The position numbers were made by a program, and so were the translations under genes. Shown here one piece after another: positions 10,584 through 19,462 of a stretch of 64,000 bases of DNA. The DNA comes from an uncultured bacterium (GTDB lineage Bacteria > Zixibacteria > MSB-5A5 > UBA10806): the NCBI GenBank assembly GCA_965541585.1, contig CBEUCH010000013.1, forward strand, positions 32,001-96,000, in the 5' to 3' direction. Each line of letters starts with the position of its first letter. Position 1 is the stretch's first letter. The notes beneath the pieces were generated by a model that was not told where the DNA came from, made no database searches, and saw only the letters and a list, made by a program, of their open reading frames with translations.

Positions 10584-10661
10584 TTAGGATCCTGCTCCAG
10601 TATAACCGCCTGGGGCGATCCTTTCCTCTAGTTCCTCAACCTCAAGGATGAAATCTACCAT
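10584..10661 (-). CDS. 25-aa peptide MVDFILEVEELEERIAPGGYTGAGS (RiPP/pheromone-like precursor); absent from the ORF track
   Basis: Hand-translated ATG(10661) to TAA(10584). SD-like GAAGGGGGTGA 4 nt upstream. Terminator directly downstream, TTGACA upstream. Acidic EELEERIAP leader-like motif followed by GG. Confidence 0.75.
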   Translation of the reverse strand: MVDFILEVEELEERIAPGGYTGAGS

Positions 10662-10760
10662 CGCTTCACCCCCTTCCGGAGTTGTTGCTGCATTGAGGAT
10701 TTCACAAGGTCCTCGAGGAGGATTCTTTGGACATCCCCTCCTCGGACCACCATCTGTTAA

Positions 10761-10791
10761 AAAATGAAACGATTATCGATAACCGTGTCAA
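10761..10791 (-). promoter_or_regulatory. Putative promoter of the peptide gene with a palindromic operator in the spacer
   Basis: TTGACA (10791-10786). Weak -10: CATTTT at 19 bp or TTCATT at 17 bp. 18-bp near-palindrome ACGATTATCGATAACCGT at 10769-10786. Confidence 0.45.
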
Positions 10792-11383
10792 GGGAAAAAT
10801 GCAATTTTTTTCAGATAATGTGAAATCCTGTATACATGGCCAACATATGAAATTTGTTGGTATTTATAGTGTTATCGCGTAATATCCTGCAAGATCCCAG
10901 GGCAGAGATTTTGATCGCTTCGCGCGAATTAGCTTAGTCTGACCCCAGGAACCCGGGCAAATCCAGGAGGCCGCGATTGTGGGCCAGGTCCTTTGGGGGT
11001 ATTTACAACTGATGGCATCCGGGAAAGGAGCGATGCCATTCCCGTGAAAACGAAGATCCACTTTCGCATGGAAAGATTCCGCTTTGAGTGCCCTCTGGTT
11101 TCACGAGACAATCCAAAAAGTCGGGCAATGATTCAACTGGCTATGTGATTCCGGAAATGGTGAGGTAAGCTGATAAGGGCTTGCCTTCAGGCGTTGTAGG
11201 AATTATTTGGGCATCTGGCCGGGTCGATCGTTGGCTGGTTGTCCCGGGAGTTGGAATTACCTCATTTCGATGGGTGAAAGGCCTGATCTTCGCCACTCCA
11301 TGCACTCAAGGCAAACTCCCGGGAGAGACTCTAAGCACGTTTTGACAATCTCCAGTAGTTATAATGTTTTTTTAAAAAAGGAC

Positions 11384-11411
11384 TTGACAGGTTTGCGAGT
11401 GTAGGTATATT
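11384..11411 (+). promoter_or_regulatory. Putative sigma70-type promoter of the cohesin-dockerin cluster
   Basis: TTGACA-16 bp-TATATT with an upstream T/A tract. Confidence 0.5.
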
Positions 11412-11737
11412 TACCAGTGTCTGATGTAGCCCCGATTTTACTTCGGTGCAATGTGTTCTTCGCTTTACTGTTCAAATGAGGCTTCGATTCTGTGAAGAAG
11501 CGAGCTTAAATGAATGAGACCGCACTTATTGGAGAAGCTATCGACTGACAGTGCTATCGGTTGGGTCATGCCGCGAATCTGTATGGCATGATATCGTTGC
11601 TCTCTTGAAAAACTGAAAATCGTTCATTTGGCTCTAAAAGCCGGTGATGCGGAACGCAAAATCGATTGCTTCCCAACTCAATCGACGCTCAGCCGGCAGA
11701 ATTAGCTTGACAGAAAAGCGAAAAAAGGAAGCCGGGT

Positions 11738-12484
11738 ATGTTAAAAGTCTTAGTTATCGCTGTTGTGTCTACATTAGTGATGTTTTTCGGAATTTCCGCC
11801 GCTCAGAGTGATCCGGTCAGCATCACCATCGGTGAATCTTGCGATTCAATCCCCAGGCTGAGTATCCCTATTTACATGAACAATCCGGATTCCGTGGGAT
11901 CATTTACGATAAGGATAATCCTTAGTGACTTTAATCTGCCTGATCCGATGTGGCTGGTTTTCGATCCTGACGATCCCGATGCCGCCGATACGATAGGCAG
12001 CCGGATCAACTACTGGCCTTTCTTCACCTTCTATATGGATGAGCCGGATACGATTGTAGTGAACGCTGCCCGAATCGGCTATCCTGAAGAGGCTCAATCC
12101 CTGCCAGCGGGCAATGGTTTGATATTCACTATTCATCCTATCATAACGGAAATATCTAATACCTGCCAGCGTCTGCGGTTTGGCGATGGTTGCTTCGTTT
12201 ACGACGAGAGTCAATATAATTATTATAATCTGAACTATATCAGGGGAGATGCCTGTTCCGGTTGCGATCCGTCCTGGCTACATGGCGACGTGGATCGCTC
12301 CGGGAGCATAGATTTGTCCGACGTAATCGGCATGATCAGCGCCTATAGAGGCGGCTCCTTTTGTGACTCGTGTGCCTGCACGGGGGACGCTGACGGCAGC
12401 GGCATCCCGTTTGAGTTGGCCGACGTGGTGGCCATCATAGGCCATTACAGGACCGGGGAACCCGTGATGCTACCATGTGAATGA
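11738..12484 (+). CDS. Secreted cohesin-like + dockerin protein, no T9SS-type CTD
   Basis: Signal peptide. IPIYMNNPDSVGSFTIRI...LPAGNGLIFTIH cohesin-like sandwich. Duplicated EF-hand-like dockerin GDVDRSGSIDLSD...GDADGSGIPFELAD. Confidence 0.75.
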   Translation: MLKVLVIAVVSTLVMFFGISAAQSDPVSITIGESCDSIPRLSIPIYMNNPDSVGSFTIRIILSDFNLPDPMWLVFDPDDPDAADTIGSRINYWPFFTFYMDEPDTIVVNAARIGYPEEAQSLPAGNGLIFTIHPIITEISNTCQRLRFGDGCFVYDESQYNYYNLNYIRGDACSGCDPSWLHGDVDRSGSIDLSDVIGMISAYRGGSFCDSCACTGDADGSGIPFELADVVAIIGHYRTGEPVMLPCE

Positions 12485-12537
12485 AAAGGGATTAAATAGA
12501 AAAAGTTTGTTCTTCAGATAAACCTGGTTTCCTTGTG

Positions 12538-12547
12538 AAGGAGGTGA
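12538..12547 (+). promoter_or_regulatory. Orphan perfect Shine-Dalgarno element in the 5' UTR (STAB-SD-like)
   Basis: AAGGAGGTGA about 130 nt upstream of ATG 12676, which has its own AAGGAG RBS. Confidence 0.4.
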
Positions 12548-12675
12548 GTGCCAAGAGAGAAAAAAACGTTTGTAAAGAGGGGAGAATTCGGTTTGTCCTG
12601 GAAATGGATTTCCAGGCTTACGCAAACAAGGTGTTAACAAGAAAAACGCCTGTGCATGATTTTAAGGAGTAAAAC

Positions 12676-14943
12676 ATGAAAAAATTGTTGCTCTTGGCTT
12701 TAGTTACAATTTTCACTTTCAGCCTAGCATCTGCTCAGACCAATAAGGCCGTATTCGGGCCGCTGGTCGGTGATGGCGCTGGTCAGATTATTGCCGTCAA
12801 CGGTCAGTCCATCGATCTCGAGGTGTGGGTTCGCACCGATCCGGGCAACCCTGCCGTGATCGTCGGCACGGCTCATGGCCTGATGACCGAGGATCAGTAT
12901 ATCGCGGAACGTAACGACGGCACCGCGGAGCCTGAATGGGCCATGCCCAATTGGGAGCAGTTCTTCATTGATCCCCCGAATCCCCCGTCCCCCCCAGGAC
13001 ATCCTCTTGGCTATTATACGGATGCCGATGGGGGCGATTTCCCGTATGACCCAGGCTTTAAGGGCGAGGTGCAAGGCGCCCTTTACACGGTGTTTAATCC
13101 GCCGGTTGGCGATCCCCTCGACACTCAGGGTGAATGGGTGAAATATATGACCTGGCATGTGGTCATGAACGTCGACATCGAAGTCGAGCAGGAGGTCTGT
13201 CCGTTCAGCGCGGCCTGGTATCCTCACAGTGGTGAGGGGACCAAATGGGCATTTGAAGGTGGCGGCGGCGTTACTCCGGAGCAGGATTATTCCTGCGTCT
13301 GGATCAGTGCCAACACCGACCCGGTGCTTACGGTTTGCCCGCAAGGCGGGTGCGCTGATGGCGGCATGGAGCTCTGTTTCGATATCGCCGGTGAGGACCT
13401 CGACGAGCTTGATGATCTGCAGATCACGTTGATCTCGGGCCCCGGCGAATATACCGCTGATGTTTCAGGTCCCGGTGGCGCAGCTTCCGGAACCTGGTGC
13501 TGGGATGATCCTCAAGCCGGTGAATACGTGGTTGTTCTCGAGTTGAACGACAATGCCGGCGCCGCCGTTCTCTGCGAATTCCCGCTTTCGGTCGGCGATA
13601 TCACTTTTGAGATTGACTGCGTAGCCAGTTTCCCCGGCGGCGTGGTTATCGTTCCGGTTCGCCTGCACACCTGTGCCTTCGAGACCGGTGGTATCGAGTT
13701 TCTGGGTCGCTGGGATCCGACAGCTCTCGAGCTTTTGGACGTTCAGCCGCAATCCAGGATCGATTTCGGTGAGGAATACTTCTACTGGAATGATACCGAT
13801 CCCTGCGAAGAGTGCCCTCCAGGCGGCGCCGTCAGGGTGACATGGATCTCCGATATCAACAACGGAGTTCCGCATGCTCCGGCCCCGCCGGGCAGCGCTT
13901 CGGTATTCAACCTAATCTTCCAGGTCGATCCCGCCCTGCCATGGGGTATGGAAATCCCAGTCGAGTTCCATAATCTGCATTATTCCGACAACACCATCTC
14001 TGATCAGTCGGGTTACATCTGGTGGACTCCTGAGCAGATCGATGGCTGCGTTGTGGTTGAAGACGCCGAATCGTTCAAAGGCGATCCCAACATGAACGGT
14101 ACCCCCTACGAAATCGGTGATGCAGTGATCGTAGCTCTTCGTCTGATCCATTGCAGCAGTGGCATTGACTGCCCTATCTGGTCGGAAGGCCCAGGCGGGC
14201 CAGGCGACGATGCCCTGCAGGAAGCTGCGGCTGACCTGAATAACAACGGGTTCGCCGATATTGCTGACCTGCTTAGGTTCATCAATATTATCAACGATAT
14301 CATTCCTCCCCCGAAAGTGGAGCCGAGCTCTACTGTAGCTCAGGTCAGCATGCCTGATGTTATCGGTGATAATATGGAAGTAACGCTTAAGGCCGGTGTC
14401 GATGTTGGCGGCGTTCTGCTGAGCATCGAGCACCCGGGTGTTGAACTCGACACTCCTGTTGCCAACAACGGCATGGAGCTTCTCTATCATGACGCCGATG
14501 GTGTTATGAATGTGGTAGTCTTCTCCAAGACCGCCGAAGTTCTGGCAGCCGGCAACTCGTCGTTGTTCACCATTCCGGTGCTGTCGAACGATGGCGGCTC
14601 CATGAGCTTTGCCGAGGTTTCCTCTTCCGACTCTTATGGTCGTCTGATGGAGACTGTGGCTTCTCTGGAGGCTCCTCTGCCGACTACCTTTGCCGTCGAG
14701 CAAAACTACCCGAATCCGTTCAACGCCAAGACCCAGATCGGCATAGCTCTGCCTGAGGCCAGTGATGTTGTTGTAGATATCTACAGCATCACCGGTCAGA
14801 TGGTGGAGTCGGTCTCCGGTTATTTCGAGGCTGGAAACCATTCCATCACATGGGATGCTTCCGACGTCTCTTCCGGCGTTTACTTCTACAAAATAACGGC
14901 GGGTGACTTTAGCCAAACGATGAAGATGACCTTGCTGAAGTAA
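12676..14943 (+). CDS. Secreted scaffoldin-like protein: N-domain, Ig, cohesin, dockerin, cohesin-like, T9SS-type CTD
   Basis: Signal peptide. FPGGVVIVPVRL...GGIEFLGRWDPTALELLDV cohesin. GDPNMNGTPYEIGD...ADLNNNGFADIADL dockerin. QNYPNPFN...SSGVYFYKI...KMTLLK CTD. Confidence 0.85.
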   Translation: MKKLLLLALVTIFTFSLASAQTNKAVFGPLVGDGAGQIIAVNGQSIDLEVWVRTDPGNPAVIVGTAHGLMTEDQYIAERNDGTAEPEWAMPNWEQFFIDPPNPPSPPGHPLGYYTDADGGDFPYDPGFKGEVQGALYTVFNPPVGDPLDTQGEWVKYMTWHVVMNVDIEVEQEVCPFSAAWYPHSGEGTKWAFEGGGGVTPEQDYSCVWISANTDPVLTVCPQGGCADGGMELCFDIAGEDLDELDDLQITLISGPGEYTADVSGPGGAASGTWCWDDPQAGEYVVVLELNDNAGAAVLCEFPLSVGDITFEIDCVASFPGGVVIVPVRLHTCAFETGGIEFLGRWDPTALELLDVQPQSRIDFGEEYFYWNDTDPCEECPPGGAVRVTWISDINNGVPHAPAPPGSASVFNLIFQVDPALPWGMEIPVEFHNLHYSDNTISDQSGYIWWTPEQIDGCVVVEDAESFKGDPNMNGTPYEIGDAVIVALRLIHCSSGIDCPIWSEGPGGPGDDALQEAAADLNNNGFADIADLLRFINIINDIIPPPKVEPSSTVAQVSMPDVIGDNMEVTLKAGVDVGGVLLSIEHPGVELDTPVANNGMELLYHDADGVMNVVVFSKTAEVLAAGNSSLFTIPVLSNDGGSMSFAEVSSSDSYGRLMETVASLEAPLPTTFAVEQNYPNPFNAKTQIGIALPEASDVVVDIYSITGQMVESVSGYFEAGNHSITWDASDVSSGVYFYKITAGDFSQTMKMTLLK

Positions 14944-14970
14944 GAAGTTCGGCAAGTCGCTTCGAGCTAA

Positions 14971-15003
14971 CAGGATAAGAGAGGGTCTCCCTCTCTTATC
15001 CTG
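14971..15003 (+). other. Perfect 15-bp intergenic stem-loop without a U-tract
   Basis: CAGGATAAGAGAGGG-TCT-CCCTCTCTTATCCTG, followed by AATAAAA rather than a T-run. Confidence 0.8.
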
Positions 15004-15315
15004 AATAAAATGAACATCTTACGAGAGGGAGGGGGTGATTTGAAATAGGCGTGTGCAAATAATTTGTTTTTTGTTGCAGGAGTGGTAATTTGTTTTGGGT
15101 TTTTCTTGTATTTTCGATGTTTTTTACTGGTTCGATTATTTTATCCCACAAAAGAAGAAATATCTATGAACTTGAAGAGAAGCTATTTAGCGTGTGGAAT
15201 AATGTTAACCTGATGATGGTGAAAAAGTTATGACATCAGAGGCACGTATTTTGCTAAGTTATACTATAAAAGGAAGCGAGATTTACGCTTAAACCGATTA
15301 TCTCGGGGGATTAAC

Positions 15316-16158
15316 GTGAGATCTTTTGTCTTGATTGCAGTTCTGAGTTTATTTCTGGGAGCGACAAATGCATTTCCCCAGTCTCCGGACAGTCTGATCG
15401 TAACGAATGCTGTGGCGCCTCCCGGGGATACCGCAATCGTCTCGGTCATGTTGCATAATACTCAGTTTTCGGTCGGCGGTTTTGCGATGAGATTCGTCTT
15501 GCTCGATTCTGTGAATGCCTCGTTTCAACGGGTCGAGCGTGGGGCCGACACGCAGGATTTCGATCATTTCAATATCCAGCAGTCTGATGGGACATGCAAG
15601 GTCGTGGGGATCGTTGATATGCCAGGCGGCAATAATGCTCCGCCTCTACCAATCGGAATTAATGAACTTGCTAAGGTGTTTATATTTATCGAGGATACCG
15701 CCCCGTGGGGCATGACGGATTCGATACTGTTTATGGATGACACGCTTCCCCCGGAACGTGATAATTCCATTTCTGACAGCACCGGTTATATAAACGAAGT
15801 ACCGACGTTGATCGGCGGAGAGATTCTTGTTGACGTCGCCATCGGCGTCAGTGAGATTCCCACCGGCATTCCAGATAAGATGGAGTTATATCAAAACTAC
15901 CCCAACCCTTTCAATTCTGAGACAATGATTCGGTTCGGACTGTCGGCGGAAATAGATGAGGTTTCTCTTTCTGTCTATGACATTGTTGGCCGGAGGGTAG
16001 GCAGGTATTACTGGGGCGGCCTTCCGCCGGGTCAGCACGAGGTAATATGGAGCGGCTATGACGATAATGACAGACCTCTTGCGTCCGGCGTGTATTTTTA
16101 CAGGCTGGAGGCCGGGTCGTTGCCGGCTATTGTGAAGAGGATGACCCTGCTGAAATAG
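15316..16158 (+). CDS. Secreted single-cohesin + T9SS-type CTD protein
   Basis: Signal peptide. PGDTAIVSVMLHN...VGGFAMRF cohesin. QNYPNPFN...LASGVYFYRL...KRMTLLK. Confidence 0.85.
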   Translation: MRSFVLIAVLSLFLGATNAFPQSPDSLIVTNAVAPPGDTAIVSVMLHNTQFSVGGFAMRFVLLDSVNASFQRVERGADTQDFDHFNIQQSDGTCKVVGIVDMPGGNNAPPLPIGINELAKVFIFIEDTAPWGMTDSILFMDDTLPPERDNSISDSTGYINEVPTLIGGEILVDVAIGVSEIPTGIPDKMELYQNYPNPFNSETMIRFGLSAEIDEVSLSVYDIVGRRVGRYYWGGLPPGQHEVIWSGYDDNDRPLASGVYFYRLEAGSLPAIVKRMTLLK

Positions 16159-16260
16159 GCAGATGGTATGAATTGTCTTATGCTTTTGGTACCCAATACT
16201 GGAAATGGAGACCGTCAATCCGGACGGTCGTATGACCGTAATGGTCATGGAGAAAATGAT

Positions 16261-17091
16261 TTGAGCAAAACGCTATCCTTTGTATTTATTTTTGTGATGT
16301 TGATTTGCTCCGGTTCTGTATGGGGGCAGACATTCTCCGATGACGATACATTGAGTATTCCATCGGGAATCGGTGAGCCGGGTGATGTGATTCTGGTGCC
16401 GATAGATCTGGTAAATACGTTTATGGTTGGAGGCTTTGCCGTCAGGATCTCTTACGATAGCAGCGCTTTTGAACCCACTACAGTAGACACCACAGAGCGG
16501 TCGGCCAGCCTTGAATTACACGGCGCAGATTTTCAAGTCCCCGGGATCATCCGATATTGGGCAACCTCCATGCGGCCTCTTGAGAACGGGATGCCGGCAG
16601 GATCGGGCCCCGTAGCGGTGCTATCCCTGGCGATCAAGTATACTGCGCAGGACGGCTATTATGACCTTGCTTATACCGATGAAGATTCAACGTCGTATGA
16701 TAACCAATTATCTGATTCCCTTGGACTTACACTGGTCATCCCGATTCAGGTCGGAGGCCGGATCGTAGTCGGAGATCCAACCGGAATTGAGGATGACAAA
16801 CCGCTTCCGGAATCTTTTGCGTTGTCGCAAAATTTTCCCAATCCGTTCAATCAGCAGACGCGAATCTCCTTCAATCTGGCGAGTTCAGGCGAAGTCGGAC
16901 TTGAGATATTCGATATTCTCGGAAGAAAAATAGCGACTTTATTCTCAGGTCGGGCTGATGAAGGAGAAACCGAAGTTAGCTGGGACGGGCGGTCTGCGTG
17001 GGGAGGGGATGTGTCTTCGGGCGTTTATTATTATCGATTGCGGAACGCGGGGGGGGAATCGATAGTCAGGAAAATGACCTTGTTAAAGTAG
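16261..17091 (+). CDS. Secreted single-cohesin + T9SS-type CTD protein
   Basis: Start moved to TTG 16261 (GGAG upstream, signal peptide follows). PGDVILVPIDLVN...VGGFAVRISYD cohesin. QNFPNPFN...KMTLLK. Confidence 0.85.
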   Translation: MSKTLSFVFIFVMLICSGSVWGQTFSDDDTLSIPSGIGEPGDVILVPIDLVNTFMVGGFAVRISYDSSAFEPTTVDTTERSASLELHGADFQVPGIIRYWATSMRPLENGMPAGSGPVAVLSLAIKYTAQDGYYDLAYTDEDSTSYDNQLSDSLGLTLVIPIQVGGRIVVGDPTGIEDDKPLPESFALSQNFPNPFNQQTRISFNLASSGEVGLEIFDILGRKIATLFSGRADEGETEVSWDGRSAWGGDVSSGVYYYRLRNAGGESIVRKMTLLK

Positions 17092-17104
17092 TGGGGCCGA
17101 TGAT

Positions 17105-19234
17105 ATGAAAAAGCTAATCTTGCCTCTTGTCATAGCGATCTTTCTGGCAGCATCATGGTCTGATGCAGAGGCGCAGGAATATTCTGATGCCGATACCATG
17201 GCCATAATTGATGGCTATGGCAATCCCGGGGATACGGTCGGCGTCATAATGCACATGGCTAACCATACTATCGACGTTGGGGGGTATCTTCACAGAATCG
17301 TTTACGACGAGACGCTCCTGGAGCCCCTGATGGTCACCGACACCATAATGAGTAGCGAATGTCTGGATAGGGGCTGTCAACTCGGAGCATCAGCCGATGC
17401 TCTTGAGCCGGGCGTCGTCAGGATTCTGGCGTATAGCCAATTTGGCGACTATATTCCAATGGGCAGCGGTCCTGTATTGCAGCTTAATTTTATAGTCAAA
17501 CCGACAGCGCCGCCCGGGACCATTACTATTCTGCAATTCCAGGATCTAATCCCGCCGCAGGATAATAACTGGTCTGATTCACTGGGGGAGCGTCTCCTGG
17601 TGCCTCAGCTGTTACCCGGCAATTTCTCCATTCTGGGGGGAGGCTTAAACTCGCCGCCGGTCATCAACTTCGTCGGCGATCAGGAGGTGGCCGAGGGGCA
17701 GTTGCTGGAGTTTTCCGTGACCGCTCATGATCCGGACTCAGATCCGATTACATTGACCGCCCAGAACCTCCCCGATAATGGTTCGTTCCCCGTAGTCCAG
17801 GGTGATTCGCTGGTTACCGGTACCTTTTCTTTTCGCCCTGATTTCGACCAGGGGCCCGATACGTTTGTTGTAACTTTCAGAGCAACAGACAATTCCAACA
17901 ATGTCACCGAACGTCCGGTTCAGATTGTCGTTCTCGATCAGCCGGATGATTTCTTATCCATCAGCACCGACCAGGGAGGTATTCCGGGGGCGACGGCGAG
18001 GCCGGTGGATATCATCCTGTTCAATTCCATTCCGGTATTTGGCGCCCAGTTCGAGATTCTGTATGATCCTTTTCAGATCCAGATCCCGGAGGTCTATTCG
18101 ACGGAGAGAGCCTATGATATGTGGTTCTCTTACAACGAACCGGATCCCGGGAGAATTATAATCCTGATATTCTCGGTTGGCCTGGATTCGATCTCATCGG
18201 GAGGCGGGCCTCTGGCACAGCTTATCGTCGACGCCGATCCCTTTGCAACCTTCGGCCCGACAGAACTGATCCTTCAAGAGGCCATTGAGGTTATCGACTC
18301 TACTGGAACATCGAAGCCACTCATTACGGAAGATGGATTTTTCACGATCGACCAATTCGGCGATTCCAATCTCGATGGTATTGTCAATGTTGGAGACTGC
18401 ATAACCATAGTAGCGTATCTGATCGGGCGGGGCACCTTGAGCGAAAGGCAGCATGATGCCGCCGACATAGACAGCACCGGCCGAGTGGATATAGGCGATC
18501 TTCAGCAATTGATTAACATCATATTGGAAATAGGTATTCCACCTCTGTCTTATCCGCAGGATTTGCCTGTAATCGTAGAATTGTTGAAGGAAGATATTGG
18601 CCGCCAAGGAGATAAGCTAACCGTTCCGCTCTGGGCCGATATTACAGGCGAGGCCTCGGCCGTGCAGTTCGAACTGACTTTCGATACCGATAAGCTCGGC
18701 GAAATAGAGATCGTCAAGGGCGATATGGTCTCTGATATGACGCTTGATTATACGGTCGCCGGCGGCAGCATTAAAGGACTAGTATACCATCTGGGTGGTA
18801 ACAACTTCGGACCCGCCACAGGACGGCTTGTAGAATTTAAGTTCGACGCCCTGACCGGCGATTTCGATCCGAGCAGCGATATAAACCTTGCCGATTTCCA
18901 GGTAGTCAACCCGGCCGCCGACTTTATGCCGGTGGAAATTAAAGGACGATTGCCGGAAATTTTCAGGCTCGCTCAAAATTACCCGAATCCATTCAATGCG
19001 GGCACGAACATCAGCTTCAGTTTACCGTTATCCGGATATGTAGAGCTTTCGGTTTACGATCTCCTGGGACGAAGAGTAACAATTCTTCTTGATAGCTTCC
19101 TGCCGGCCGGAAATCATCTTGTGACCTGGAACGGTCGTTCCGGTAATGGAGAATCGATGGCCACGGGCATTTACTTCTATCGCCTGGCGGCCGAGGGATT
19201 TGACGAAACAAAAAAGATGTTGTTGGTGAAGTAG
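17105..19234 (+). CDS. Secreted scaffoldin-like protein: cohesin, cadherin-like Ig, cohesin, dockerin, cohesin, T9SS-type CTD
   Basis: Three cohesin-like segments (PGDTVGV..RIVYDETLL; FGAQFEILYDP; SAVQFELTFD). NSPPVI..EG..DPD Ig repeat. GDSNLDGIVNVGD...ADIDSTGRVDIGDL dockerin. CTD ending KKMLLVK. Confidence 0.85.
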   Translation: MKKLILPLVIAIFLAASWSDAEAQEYSDADTMAIIDGYGNPGDTVGVIMHMANHTIDVGGYLHRIVYDETLLEPLMVTDTIMSSECLDRGCQLGASADALEPGVVRILAYSQFGDYIPMGSGPVLQLNFIVKPTAPPGTITILQFQDLIPPQDNNWSDSLGERLLVPQLLPGNFSILGGGLNSPPVINFVGDQEVAEGQLLEFSVTAHDPDSDPITLTAQNLPDNGSFPVVQGDSLVTGTFSFRPDFDQGPDTFVVTFRATDNSNNVTERPVQIVVLDQPDDFLSISTDQGGIPGATARPVDIILFNSIPVFGAQFEILYDPFQIQIPEVYSTERAYDMWFSYNEPDPGRIIILIFSVGLDSISSGGGPLAQLIVDADPFATFGPTELILQEAIEVIDSTGTSKPLITEDGFFTIDQFGDSNLDGIVNVGDCITIVAYLIGRGTLSERQHDAADIDSTGRVDIGDLQQLINIILEIGIPPLSYPQDLPVIVELLKEDIGRQGDKLTVPLWADITGEASAVQFELTFDTDKLGEIEIVKGDMVSDMTLDYTVAGGSIKGLVYHLGGNNFGPATGRLVEFKFDALTGDFDPSSDINLADFQVVNPAADFMPVEIKGRLPEIFRLAQNYPNPFNAGTNISFSLPLSGYVELSVYDLLGRRVTILLDSFLPAGNHLVTWNGRSGNGESMATGIYFYRLAAEGFDETKKMLLVK

Positions 19235-19462
19235 CGTCAACGGCACTTCCGGGTTGAGGTCTTGCTCTAAATGGGCATAGATGACCCGAAGTGACGGCAT
19301 GAAAGAGGCCGAGATGATTGCTGAATTAAAATATATTCTATCTGATTTTATTCAGATTTCAGAGGGTCAGAGTCTATCATCGTACACCCTCTCCCCGGAT
19401 ATGGATAGAAGATCCTTTTCATTAAATAGCCTACATGGTTTTACTGGCGTCGGGGCTTGCAA

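Noticed and set aside
11655..11695. c-di-GMP-I riboswitch-like GCAAA...GACGC..AGCC
   Set aside because: Lacks the GNRA loop, the exact GACGCAAAGC and a convincing second stem. An Infernal scan would be needed.
13912..14955. Long antisense ORFs (also 12724-13344, 47708-48502, 61984-62817 and many within the giant gene)
   Set aside because: Shadows of strongly supported genes on the opposite strand, with no motifs of their own.
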